In this document: in pieces, positions 1 through 58,021 of the stretch
How the letters are laid out: every line of letters starts with the position of its first letter
Numbering within the stretch: position 1 is the first letter of the stretch
Source: Paraspadella gotoi
Lineage: Eukaryota > Animalia > Chaetognatha
Length of the DNA stretch: 64,000 nucleotides
Reading direction: 5' to 3'
NCBI GenBank assembly: GCA_051294375.1
Contig: CM119267.1
Span: 553,523 to 617,522, forward strand
Notes under the pieces: generated by a model
The model's database searches: none
What the model saw: the letters and a program-made list of their open reading frames with translations, nothing else
What the model was told of the DNA's origin: nothing
Position numbers and translations under genes: made by a program

Positions 1-275
1 CCCTTCCTCGAGAAACTCATGACAGATTTATCTGCTCTGTACGAAGGAGATCGGTGACGAACCTTGGCCGGTCGGTCGGTCTTTGTTCTTTAAGAAACTA
101 TCGTGATCAGTGATCTTCTTCTAGCCTCTCGGTATCCTCACAAAACAGAGTAGAAAAGTTTTAAGAGATCGAAAGTAATCTTTATGGTCGAAACAGGAAA
201 AACGGCGACGAGTATGCAGAGCTCTCTTTCTCCCCCGCTCTCTCGATCTCTCTCCATCTCTCTCTGTCTCTCTAT

Positions 276-45327
<45,052 letters not shown>

Positions 45328-45595
45328 TTTTTTTCAATTAATATAATAAAAAAATAAATAAATAAAAAAATAAACAAGAAAAAAAAAAGAAACTCTCCTA
45401 CAATGATTTTCAAAAACGATTTTCTTTTCGATCTTAATAATTTAAAATATAAATTTTTATCCCTGTAGGTTTTAATTTCGACTTTTCGATATTGTGAACT
45501 TTTTTTGTTTTTATTAAATTTTTATCTGAATATTTATTTCTTTTTTCAGTGGGAAAAGAATTAAAAGTGAAAAATAAGTGAAGGGGGAAAAAAGG

Positions 45596-48500
45596 ATGGA
45601 TTTTCCTTCGCAAATGGAGGCGAAGCGAAAGATAGGAAGTCATACGTCAGGGGGTGCTGCTTCTCTGCAGCAGCAGCAGCACCAGCTAGCGGCGGGGGCC
45701 GCGTTTCCGGCCTCTCCCGTCATACGGTCGCCGCGCGTCCCTCAGAGTCCGTCCTCGCAGGCTGCTGCGGGTGGCGCGTCGCCGCTGCATCAGCCGCAGC
45801 AGCAGCCGACGAGCCCTTTGAGGGTTTACGCGGCGCCGACGCCTCCGGGATTCATTCAGTCCGGGGTCAGTCTGAGTTTTCTCAATTGTCGATTTTTATT
45901 TTTTTTTAAACAAGGTGTTGCGCCGCATTACTTTTGTTTTTACTTATCATGTCATTTATTCCTTAGTTTAAAAGATTTCTTTAAAAACAAAAGTCGGCGC
46001 CAGTAGTCGTTTAGATTTGATTTTTAACATAAGTGATTTTTAACGTAAGTGGGACAGACCGACAGACAGACCGACCGACCAAAAAGTTACTTATAGAGTT
46101 GCTCCGCGAGTACTTGCGGCGCAACTAAAAACAGAGGACACCCCTCGACGTTCAATTACAAACGCTGCATGTATTTTTATCGTCGCAAACGCAAAGCTGT
46201 GGTTTTGCACATAAGTGGCGTCGTTGTCGGCGTTCCATATTATAGATCGCCTTTTTTATGATTAAATTTGAGTGTATGAAGCTGAAAATTTATATACAGC
46301 TTCTCATCATCGATGTCCTTAAAATTGGGTCAGGACAGTTATTAAATGTTTTGTTTACGTTTTATCAAAACAAACAAATATCTTATATTTTATTTTTGTT
46401 TCCTTCTCTCTTTTCTCTTTTAATTTTATGTAGCTGTCTCTCTCTCTTTTCCCCAGTGCTGATTCATCGAAAAAAAACGAGTCTGCAGGGGCTCTTTCTT
46501 TTTCTCTCTTTTCTCCTGCTGCTTCTGCTGCTGCCTTTTGATTTCTTTTTCTCTTTTTTTTTTTTTTTTTTTCAGAAACTGTAATTTAATTTTCCTTGGT
46601 ACTTTTTTTTTTTTAATTGACAATCGCAAAATAGAATTTTTTTTTTCTGTTTATGAATTAATTTTCTTTTCTCAAATTTTATTTTTTTAGTATCAAAATT
46701 TGTCGTCAATCCAGATTTTTCTTATGCGATTGCGACGATCCTTATGCTTTTAAGATTTAAAAAAAAAGTATTAATATTAAATGTTAAATATTAAAGTTAA
46801 ATGTCTTATCCTTTCTTCACCTTGACTTTTCGAGGCGTCTCCCCAACGCGCCTCCCCCCTTCACCGCCCCACCTCCCCGGCGTTTTCTCCCGGCGCCGGC
46901 GGAGCCTTCTCTCCGGCCACCATTTATTCAGCCGGAAATTTGCCGAGCGTCTTGCCGATTGGTGGAGGCGGCGTCGTTGTGCGGTCTATGTCCGCGTCGG
47001 CGACTCAGCCAACGACCGGTGAGTCTAAACATTAGTTTTATAAACAAATAGCCACAAAAATATATTCTCTGAGAGGGAGCTCTCGAACTGAAGCGCTGAT
47101 GAGCAACTCGATACAGAATTAAAAGCTATCTCTCCGCTCCAGTCGATGCTCGACGAAGATGATAAGGGAAATCATGATGCTCCAGGATGATCAAACTTGT
47201 CATATAAAAGTCTGGGTTTCTGTCTCTGGTTTCAAAGAGAGAATTATGTACCTACAGAATATACAGAATGAAAATGGGGAAGAGAAATAGAAAATATGGT
47301 GGAATTGTAAGGGAGGTAAATGGTCCTAATATAACTGTATACTTAGCTAATATCCCTATTTAATAAACCAAACAACTTGCTTGTAGAATAAGAGATGCTA
47401 ACTTGCTGTGGTAGAACGCTCGCATGCTTGTAGTATATAGCTATATAAAGTCATAAGCAAAGATACCCAATAGAGGAAAGAAAGTCTTTATTAATAAACA
47501 TATATATAATGCATCTGACACAATTCCTAACCCAGTAAGTAAGGACTGAGACCAGAGAGAATGGGATTGCCATATTGGAAGCATTAAACCTGAGAGTTCA
47601 ACNNNNNNNNNNTGCTCCAGGATGATCAAACTTGTCATATAAAAGTCTGGGTTTCTGTCTCTGGTTTCAAAGAGAGAATTATGTACCTACAGAATATACA
47701 GAATGAAAATGGGGAAGAGAAATAGAAAATATGGTGGAATTGTAAGGGAGGTAAATGGTCCTAATATAACTGTATACTTAGCTAATATCCCTATTTAATA
47801 AACCAAACAACTTGCTTGTAGAATAAGAGATGCTAACTTGCTGTGGTAGAACGCTCGCATGCTTGTAGTATATAGCTATATAAAGTCATAAGCAAAGATA
47901 CCCAATAGAGGAAAGAAAGTCTTTATTAATAAACATATATATAATGCATCTGACACAATTCCTAACCCAGTAAGTAAGGACTGAGACCAGAGAGAATGGG
48001 ATTGCCATATTGGAAGCATTAAACCTGAGAGTTCAACCTGAGGCTTTTAACTATAATTAAAATACCTAAATTTGGGTTTCAATGAGAATATTTATGAATA
48101 AGTTTAATTGATAATTATTTGTACTAAATGTCCCAAACTCTCTAATCAATCATTAATAATTCATTATCATCAATTGGTACAATAATGACAAAAGTGAATT
48201 TGTTAAATGAGAACATGAAATGACACAGGAATAGTATTTATGACTAGGCAATGTCAATACGACAATATGCAAATGAGATTGATGAACTCGATCTCATTAT
48301 TGGTTACATCAAAAGTTCCTTCCTTATAGAATCTTCGTATCTACTGATTTGTATAAAATTTGTACATTGTACAACCAATATAAAAATTATCCAATATTCA
48401 TTCATTTGTTGAGTACGATATCGTGTCCCCCGTCATGATGATTAAACGATTTGTCAAATCTTTTTAGCTCAAGTGCTTCTGCAGACCAACGCCGGACCCG

Positions 48501-51500
48501 CTGGCGCCGCAAATCTTTTATCACCTACCGGCGCGTCGCAACCTCAAATGATGCGTCAGATGTCTCAACCTCTCTTGCCCCAAGGCGGCGCACAATCCGC
48601 GATTCCTCTCGGCGTCGTCTCCGCCGGCGCCATTCAAATCGGCGACGCGGCATCGGCGGCGTCGTCCACGCGCTCCTTCGCCCCTTTCGCCCAAATCTCG
48701 ACGGGCGCCGGAGAAAAACGCGGCATCTCCGTCGCGTCCACGGCGACGCTGCAGCAACAGCAGCTGCTGAAGCTGCAGGAGCGGCTTAGCATCCAGCAGA
48801 TTCAGCAGCAACTGATGGCGTCGGCGCCGCCTCCTCCGCCGGGCGCCTCGCAGCCGGTCATCGCCGCGGCGCCCTTCGTCTCAGCGACGTCTCCAGCGAC
48901 GTCACCGCCGGCGCGAAAGAAACTCAAAATGGAATCTCCCCTCGACGCCGCGTTCCCGATGCAGAGTTTTCAGCCGCCAGAGGCGCTGATTCAACAGGCG
49001 AGCGTCGGCGTTCTTCCGGCGCCGATCGATTCCGGCTCCGTCGTCGTCGGCGTGTCGAAGCACGGCGCCTTGGGTCAGGTCGGCAGCATTCTCATGCAGG
49101 CCCGCGCCGGCACCGGGGCGGCGCCGTCGGCCTCTTTAATGGGCGGCGCCGCCGTCGCCGCTCAACGAAGTCCCGGCGCGGCTTCGAACGCGGGATCGCC
49201 GGCGTCGGCGCCTTCGCTTTATTCCGGTTCATCTCCTTCCCATTCGGTGAGTGTGTGAGTTGGAGGTGGCGTCGTTTTTCTCATCATTTTTCCTTCTTAA
49301 AATGGAGCTCAAAAATATATTATTTGAGGTTAAATTTTATAATTATATACAATATTTATAAAAATCCGGATTAAAAGGCGTCCTATTGACTTGCGTTTAT
49401 CTGTAATAAGAAAATATGTGCATGATTTAACCATGAATTTTTCTTATGCAATTTTTTTTTTCCCAAAACATTCAGAGAGTGCGATCGTACTCTTCGTCGT
49501 CGGCTCGTAGCGGCGGCGGTGGTGGCAGCAGTGGCGGTGGCGGCGGTAGTGGCGGCGGCGGCGGCGGCGGCGCTTCTTCCTCTTCTGATCAGTTGAGGAA
49601 GAACATGCTTGATCACGTGATGAAGGAAATCCAGGAAGTGAAGGAGAACTACACCGATCACATGACGGAGCTCTTTTATTTGCAGGTCGCTCCCTCCTCC
49701 ATCCTCTTATTTCTTTCTTTTTTTAAGTTATTTTATTATTTTATTTTATCATTAATTAATAAATATTTGCGATGAATTTTTAGAACGACGGAGTCATGAT
49801 GGATTATTTGTCGTGGAAGAAGCGGCCGACTCCACAACTCGTCACTTTCTTGAAGGCGAATCAACTTGAGTATACAGGTAAGGAAGAGCTTTTTTTTTCT
49901 AGTCTATATCTTATTATTATCTTATTATCAATTGTCGGGATATTGAAACATTTAGGGAAATAAAAATGATTAAAAAAATCGGTATTTATTAGGCGAAAAG
50001 TGGCAGTTGACGATTCTTCTGAATTTGAGTCGAGAAAAAAAACCAAAAATTCATTAATATTTACTTGAGAAATAAATATCTGGTTTTCTCTTCCTACTTT
50101 TCCTTCTTTTATCTCTCCCCTCTTTCCCTGACCCCCTCCTCTCCTCTTTCCCTGACCCCCTCCTCCTCTCTTTCCCTGACCCCTCCTCCTCTCTTTCCCT
50201 GACCCCTCCTCCTCTCTTTCCCTGACCCCCTCCTCCTCTTTCCCTGACCCCCTCTCCCCTCTTTCCCTGACCCCTCCTCCCCTCTTTCCCTGACCCCTCC
50301 TCCCTCTTTCCCTGACCCCCTCCTCCCTCTTTCCCTGACCCTCCTCCCCTCTTTCCCTGACCCCCCTCCCCTTCCCTGACCCCCTTCTCCCCTCTTCCCC
50401 TCTTTCCCTTACCCCTCCTCCCCTCTTTCCCTGACCCCCTCCTCCCCTCCTCTCGTCTTCCAGGCATCGAGACAACGACAACAACGACCCTCACCGGATC
50501 TTCGGTCAACTTTTCCTCTTCGACGAAAACGTCGTCGTCTACGTCGTCTTCGTCGTCGGCTCCTCTCGGTTCCCTCAACTCTGGGACAAAGATCAAGACG
50601 GAATTGGATCCGGCGTCTATCGGTATCATTCCGGCGTTGACACCCGTCGCCGTCTCCACCACGCTGCCTCCCAACGTCTCTGCCATCGCCCGCCCCGTCG
50701 TCACTGTGCCGGCGGCTCCGCAAACCCTTCACCAACCGGCGCCGCCTCCATCGGATCACAAGTCCCCGCCTGTGAGCGCGCGACCGTCAGTTTTACGACC
50801 CGGTATTTCGTTTCCCGGCGCCGATGCCAACAGGGCGGCGCCAAAATCTCCTCTGGCCGAATCAGTGTCTCCATTAAAAATCGGCACCACAGAAGCCTCG
50901 CCGTCAGTCTCGTCTCGCGACGGCGCCGTCGAAACGGCGACGCCCTCTTCGCCCAAAATTAGCGCCGCATCAGCGCTGGAGTCGGCGTCGTCGCAATCCT
51001 TAACGTCAGACGTCCCATCGTCGCCTTTCAAGGGCGACTCTTCCCAAACGACGACGGCGGCGGACGATACGCCTCCGCCCGCTCATGTTCCTCTCCTGCG
51101 TCCCGCTGCCACCACTGCCGCCGCCCCCCCCGCCGCCGCTTCCGTTTCCATCCTCGCAAAGGAAAACTTCGCTGATCGCGCCAAGTACGAAGAACACGTC
51201 GTCGCCCGGGTTCGCCAACTCCGCCGCCAGGGCCTCTGGTCGGCGCGTCGACTTCCCAAGCTGGTCGAGGCGCCGCGCCGCAAGACGAACTGGGATTATC
51301 TCCTGGAGGAGATGGCGTGGATGGCGGCCGATTTCTCCCAAGAGGCTCGTTGGAAACGCGCCGCCGCCAAGGCCCTCGCAGACGCCGCCGTTCGACATCA
51401 CCGGCGGGCAGAGGAGGCCGAGCGGCGCCGCGCCGAGGAAGAAGATCTCCACCGACGCCGCCTTGCCGCCTGCGTCGCCAACGAGGTCAAGCTCTTCTGG

Positions 51501-54500
51501 GGTCATGTCCGCGCCGTCTCTGCCGCCGCCGACCGCGCAGCCCTCGAGGAAAAATGGCGCGCGACCCTCGAGAATCACGTCTCCTTCGTCACGAGAAGTT
51601 TGAGGCTTGAAAAGGGAGAGGAGGAAGACGACGAGCGCTCGATCGAGGACGCCGAGATCGACGAAGGTCTCTTCGATGCAGAAGGAGTTGGGGAAGAAAG
51701 TTGGAGGCGCCGCGTGGACGAAGAGATTCGAGATTTGAAGGCCGATGCGGAAAAGTCCTTGGATGAGATTCTGACCGTCTTGCCGAGAGAATACGTGGAG
51801 GGCGTGGCGGGATTAGAACGAGACGGCGTCGATAGCGACGACGACGAAGACGACGACGACATGAGTTTGATCTCCGCGACTCTCGAGGGACGAAGTTCGA
51901 GAATTTGGCGGGAAAGCGATTCATTGGCCGAAGAAGAAGAGGATGTGGAAGATGAGGAGGATCCGATGGAGGAAGGCGAAGCGCTCGAGGAGGGAGAGGA
52001 AGAGGACAACCCCGTGGTCCGCGCCTGGCGCAACATTCAAGAAAAAGACCAGAATGGACAAGAAAAGTGGATGACGGAAGCCTTGCACTTTGGCGCTTCT
52101 TTGAATCCGAGATTCGACGAGGACGACGACGACGACGACGAGGATGACCTCAAATCGAATCTTCTGTTTCGCGGGACGTTGAGGGATTATCAAGGCGCCG
52201 GCCTCCAGTGGCTCAAGCGGATTTATAGGCATCGATTGGGCGGAATCCTGGCCGATGAGAAAGGATTGGGAAAGAGCGTTCAGGTGCGGATGGCGTCTAT
52301 CAGGAATTGAATTTCAGTTATTCAATCTTATTTGCATATTGTAGTCTTCGGGTCACAACCTAAATAATATCCGTGTTTGTGTCAACAGTTAATTTTTAGT
52401 AATAACTAAAACTTTCTATGAAAATTTGCAAATTACTTGTTTCACTATTTTCTATTTTTATATTTTATGAAGGATTTAGTATTTAATCTTATTATTTAAT
52501 CAAATATATATTGCTTTCTTTCTTACAAATATTTTATTTATCTAATAATTCAATTTGGGAAGGGGAAGTCAGTGTTGTCTTCTATATTTTACTTTTAAAA
52601 ACCAAGCCTTAGCCTTAGCCGCTTAGGTCCTGACAAAGATCAGTTTCACTTTCGAGTGAGGGAGATTTCGGTAATTCTAAGATTTTTCCTTTTTCTTCCC
52701 AAAGGTCATCGCCCTCTTCGCCGACTTGGCCATGCGGGGCGATTGGGGTCCCCACCTGCTCATCGTTCCCTCGTACTCCATGACCGAGTGGCGTCGCCTC
52801 TTCGCCAAATTCTTCCCCGGATGTAAGTTGACGCTCTACTTGGGTTCGGCGCGCGACCGACGCTGCATTCGCTCAGAGTGGGAGACGCCGCAGTCCAACC
52901 ATGTTCTCGTCGTCTCTTATCGCTCGGCGTTGAGGGAGGCGTGGCTGTCGCGGCGTCGATGGCGATGCCTCGTCCTAGACGAGACGCAGCACGTCAAAGA
53001 CTTTGCCGACGAGCGATGGAGTCCCCTGCGGCGGCTGCGGTCGCTCTGCCGCATCGTCCTCACCAACTCTTCGATGTCCAAGAACGCCTCCGAGTTGTGG
53101 GCGTTGTTCGAACTTCTCTTTCCGCGCCTCTTCGCCGGAGCCAAAGACTTTAAAAAGTGGCTTACTCACTCGTTCGTCTCGCTGCAGCGCGACGCGCAGG
53201 AGCACGGCGACAAGGTCCTCCAGCGGCTGCTCAAGATTCTCCGCGCCTTCCAGCTCCGTCGCGCCAAAGCCGACCTCGAGCGGCAGCTGCCTCGGCGGGA
53301 GGATCACGTGATGATGTGTCGACTGTCGAAGAGGCAAAGGTTAGTCGTCGCAGAAATTTTTTTTTGAAAGAGTAGGGAAATGATAGATATGAAATTATAG
53401 AAATATGCAAGAAATACTCATGAAGTCGTATTCAGGACCCTAAATACGTCCCTCTTACAATTATTTGTATGGCCAGTTGAGAAAAAGGGTGTTAGGCAAG
53501 GGCTTCCCTCTACCGCTTGAATACCGGATGAGGAAAGGGTCAGAAGAATGTAGACGTCACACCCAAACGGAATTTTAAGTAGGAATATCCACGGAAAAGT
53601 TTAAAAGCAAATTTTGAAGTTAGTCAATGTTCTTCACAAAACAATGGTCGACGAAACCCAATCCAGAATCCAAACGGAGCGAGAATAAAAGATATCAAAA
53701 GGCTAGGTTGATTACTTGTCGAGTTAAGTCAGGGGGTCACGATCCGCCAGGAGTTAATCTAGCACTCTCCATCCACTTGTACCCACAAGAAGTAGGACAG
53801 GATCTGACGCGGTATGAAACAAAGACTGTTTGATTGAAAAGTTATGGGATTGACTAGGACTTATTGGGGGGGGGGATAATTGGGGTGCGCCACAAAATGC
53901 CGCAGAAGGCGGACCTACGACCATGTGACGCAAGCAATCAATAAAACAATGATCTCTCCAGGTAAGATCGGCTTAGCCACGCATGTAGAACACAATATAA
54001 CACACATATAAGCCAACTATAAATAAATAAATCAATAAACCACAATACAATATTACCCCGACGATGGCTAATCATTATTATCACAATCTGTATAAAGGAA
54101 TTTATGATTACAACAGAGGTAATGAAATAACAACGAACTCCATTGTTTGTAAACAAATATCGATTGTTTATATTTTTAAACACTTTTACAAAAGGTAAAT
54201 AAGATCGACGAAATTACAAACGAGATTTTTTATGTCAACAACAATACGAAATTAACGAGTTAAATGATGAATATTGAGATTTAAAAAATCGATAAATCGA
54301 TGTCATGTGTTAGTTGTTTCTTTAATAAATTAATGGTAACTAAAAAAAATAAGTTTTTTTTCAGTCGAATTTCGCGGATTTTCAAATTGCAATTATCCTC
54401 CTCACTCCTCCTCCTCCTCCTCCCCCTTTACTACTCCTCCTTCCTCCTCAGGCTCTTGTACGAGGATTTAATGAGCGTGTCCTCTACGAGCGACTCTCTC

Positions 54501-57500
54501 GCCGAAGGTCGTTTCCTCCGCGTCATGTCCGTCTTCATGACGGTCAAACGCATCTGCAGTCACCTCTCGCAGTCGGAGCCACGCCCCCCATCGACGCCCT
54601 TCTTTTCCGGCGCCGTTTCCCTCGTTGCGCCCGCCGCCGTCGTCGGGGCCCTCGCTCTCTCTCCTCTCGACTCGCTCTCTCTCCCTCGAAATTTGGTCGA
54701 TCCGGAGACGGAGGGTCGGAGACGTCGCGCGGCCGAGCGGTCGAGCCAGTTGAGGACGAGCGGGAAGGAGATGAAGAGGATCATCGAATCGTGCGTCGAC
54801 GTCGCCTCCAACGTCGCTTCTCTCGACATCCCCGCTATGGAATGCGTAGTCGTTAGCGATGAAGACTCCAACGAATCTCTCGCCATCGACGAGCGACTCG
54901 ATCGACTTATCTTCATGAACGGCGTCAACTGCGACGCCGTTCCGATCTTCGGCGCCGAACTCCTGCGTCTCTGCCTCCTTCCGTCGATGCCATTTGGAGG
55001 GCGCGGCGTTCGTTACGGTCAAGGTTTTCGTCTTTGCGAGACGGGGAGGTCGATCCCGGCGGAGATGCTAAGTGTGGCCTCTCGTCTTCGCGCGAGTTTA
55101 AATCTAGTCGGCGAAATCGACCAAGTCTTCGTCCCGCCCGCTCTCTGCTCCACTCCACGGCTTTACGCGCCCCTCAACCCTCTCGCTCGATCTTCTGGCC
55201 TCGCCACCGCTTCCTTGGATCGCCTCCGCGCCGCTCTGGCGCCGCTGGCGGCGCCCACTCTCCGCTGGCGCCGACCTTCCCTCGACCGGCTCGTCCACGA
55301 TTCCGGCAAACTCGAGGCCCTCGACGGGATCGTCAACGAGCTTCTCCGCTGCGACTGTCCCGATCGTCATCGGATTCTCGTCTTCGCTCAGATGCTGGAG
55401 ACGCTCGACGCTCTGGAGACTTACCTCGACGGTCGACGCCTCCCTTACGTCCGCATCGACGGCTCAATGTCCATCGAAAGCCGTCAGGTGGCGACGGAGA
55501 GATTCAACTCGGATTCTCGCGTCTTCTGCTGCTTGTCCAGCACCCGTGCCGGCTGGAGCGGCACGCCCCTCCGCGATCTCGACAACGTGGTTCTCTTCGA
55601 TTCCGATTGGAATCCGGTCTTCGAGGCGCAGGTTTGATGGAACTGGAAGGGTTTGGGAAGTTTGAGTAGTAGTCTGGGAGAGAGATGAAGTTTAGGAGAT
55701 ACCCCGTAAGATTTAAATTAACATTTTAAGTTCCGAAATTAATTTTAAAGACACATTACAAAATTAACTCTTAACCGCGTCAAATCTTACGCAACTTAAA
55801 AAGTTTCCGCGTTCCAGAATGCAAGATTTTCCTCCTTACAAATTGCACATTAAGATTAACTTTTGAAAAATGATGCTGGAAAATCGTTGATAATCAAGCG
55901 CTTGTGGTGGTATAATGTATATTCACACCACCTCACGTCCACAATCGTTCAGCCAATCCCATTGGCTCAGAGGGGGAACACACCATCCCAGGCGTTGTGT
56001 TCCATCCACAGTCCTAACGACTTCCCTCTGCGTTGGCAAAGCGAGACTGTCCTAGGGTAACCCCGCCAGTGACTGGATGCGTCACTGAGGGTCGGAAGCC
56101 CCCAAAGCCTTCAGTGAGATGCCCCATCCCAATGGGCATCACAGGCAACCCGGCTGTTGCCATAAGCTTTTAATTTTCAAAGACGATCATATTCGAATTT
56201 ATCTTCTTCTATACCACTTCACCAGGTGGCGGAAAAATGTCGGCGCGCCGGCCTTCAAGGACAGACGCACGTGTATCGCCTCGTGGCCGAGGACACGCTC
56301 GAGGAGCGCGTTTACAAGAAAGGTTCCGTCAAGTCGCTCTACTCGGAGTTGATCGTCGATTCGGACGAGGCCGACGGAGAAGGAGGAGAAGCAGCAGTCT
56401 TCTTCAAGCCCAAGACCCTCGCCGAAATTTTCCCCGAAGTTGACGCCTCCGCCTTTTACGCCCACGAACGAAGGTATTTGCTCGTGTCAGGCTGTCTTTG
56501 TTTCAGTTTTTCAGACTGTCCGTCTTTTAATTCTCTTTTCTTTTCCCTTTCCGTCAGACCAAAACCAAAAGCCTCTTCGACCAAATCCCTCAAATCGCTT
56601 TCCGTCGCCAAACACGCCTCCGGTCATCCCCCGCCCGTCGCCCTCGACGCCCTCCGGTGTCTGGAAGCGGCGGAGGACGCGCGGGCGGGTCAGGTAACTC
56701 AGGCCGAGCTCGCCTCCAGGATGTCCGAGTTTCTCGACGACGAGGCTTTCCAGTTGGACCCTGGCCAGTTGGGGGCGTTGAGACGAAACGAAGGACGCGG
56801 TCGCGAGAAGGGGTCGTCTCTGAAGAGAGAGGTGAGAGAGGATGAGGGGGAGTGGTTTCCAACTTACCACGAATACTTACCCTTTTCCTCCCAAAGGCGG
56901 ATCGTCTCGTCCGCGATCTCCTCCCAGTCCAACGCTACGCCCTTCACTTCCACGAGGCCGTCCTCAAGTCGTTCGACGATGACGACGACGAACGAGCGGC
57001 GAGGAAGAGGCGGTGGGAAGAGGAGCGGGCGCTGGAGCGGATGGAGGAGATGGAGTTGGACGCGGCCGACGAAGACGACGATCGGCTCCTCAGTTACGAG
57101 TGGAGCCTTAATCACGCATTCGTTGATATTGATGGTAGGGGAAGAGGAAGGGAAGAGGAAGGGATGAGGAAGGGATAGGATGGGAATGAATGTGAAGGGG
57201 AAGGGAAGAGGATGGGAAGGGAATAGGAAGGGATGGGGAAGACGAAGCGATGGGAAAGGAAGAGGAAGGGATGGGGAAGAGGATGGGAAGGAAATGTCTG
57301 GGGAAAGGAAAAGGAAGGGATGGGAATGGATGGGAAAGTGAATGGGAAGGGGATGGGAAGGGAAAGAGATGGGAAGGGGAAGGAAAGAGGATGGTAAGGG
57401 GATTGGAAGGGGAAGGGAAGAAGACTCGGAGAGGGTAAGTAAGAGGAGTGACGGAGGGGAAGCGATAGAAAAAAAACGTCGCCGGGTAAGAAGAAAACTT

Positions 57501-57970
57501 ACTGTGTTGGAGGTGATTTTATGAGGATCCCTTTTGTCTCCGACAACTGACCGGGCGAAGGAAAATAGGAGTTAGAAAAGCGAAAAGCAAAATTAGTAGA
57601 AATGAGTGACGATAGACGGTGAAAAAAAAACTCCTCACCGATTATCCGGTGAAAGGAAAAAAAAAATGTTGGAACGATAACGAAATTAAACCTTCGTTAA
57701 ATCCATCGTTACTATGCATTTATTAATCTTTCCCCAACATCTTTCCCTCTAAATCAAATCCACAGGCAATGAAATGCCTCTCTGGGCGCCACCGTCGCCT
57801 CCGCGCGACGACAACGACGTCTACATCGATCCTCATCTCTCGCTCTCTTACGAAACCACGCCCATGACCGAAGACCGTCTTCCGCCCGTCTGGACGAAAA
57901 AGGAGCAGAAGAGGCTCAAGCTAGATGTGGGGGGGGGACTCAGGCATGGCGGGGGAGGAGGACATGTCGA

Positions 57971-58021
<51 letters not shown>

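Noticed and set aside
47178-48037. Real tandem duplication or paired LTRs
   Set aside because: The identical 425-bp copies abut a 10-N gap, which is typical of unmerged overlapping contig ends.
49861-50759. Repetitive Gly/Arg/Glu-rich minus-strand ORFs
   Set aside because: They come from an intronic minisatellite.
57135-57524. Gly/Lys/Glu-rich ORFs
   Set aside because: Purine-rich low-complexity sequence in an EP400 intron.
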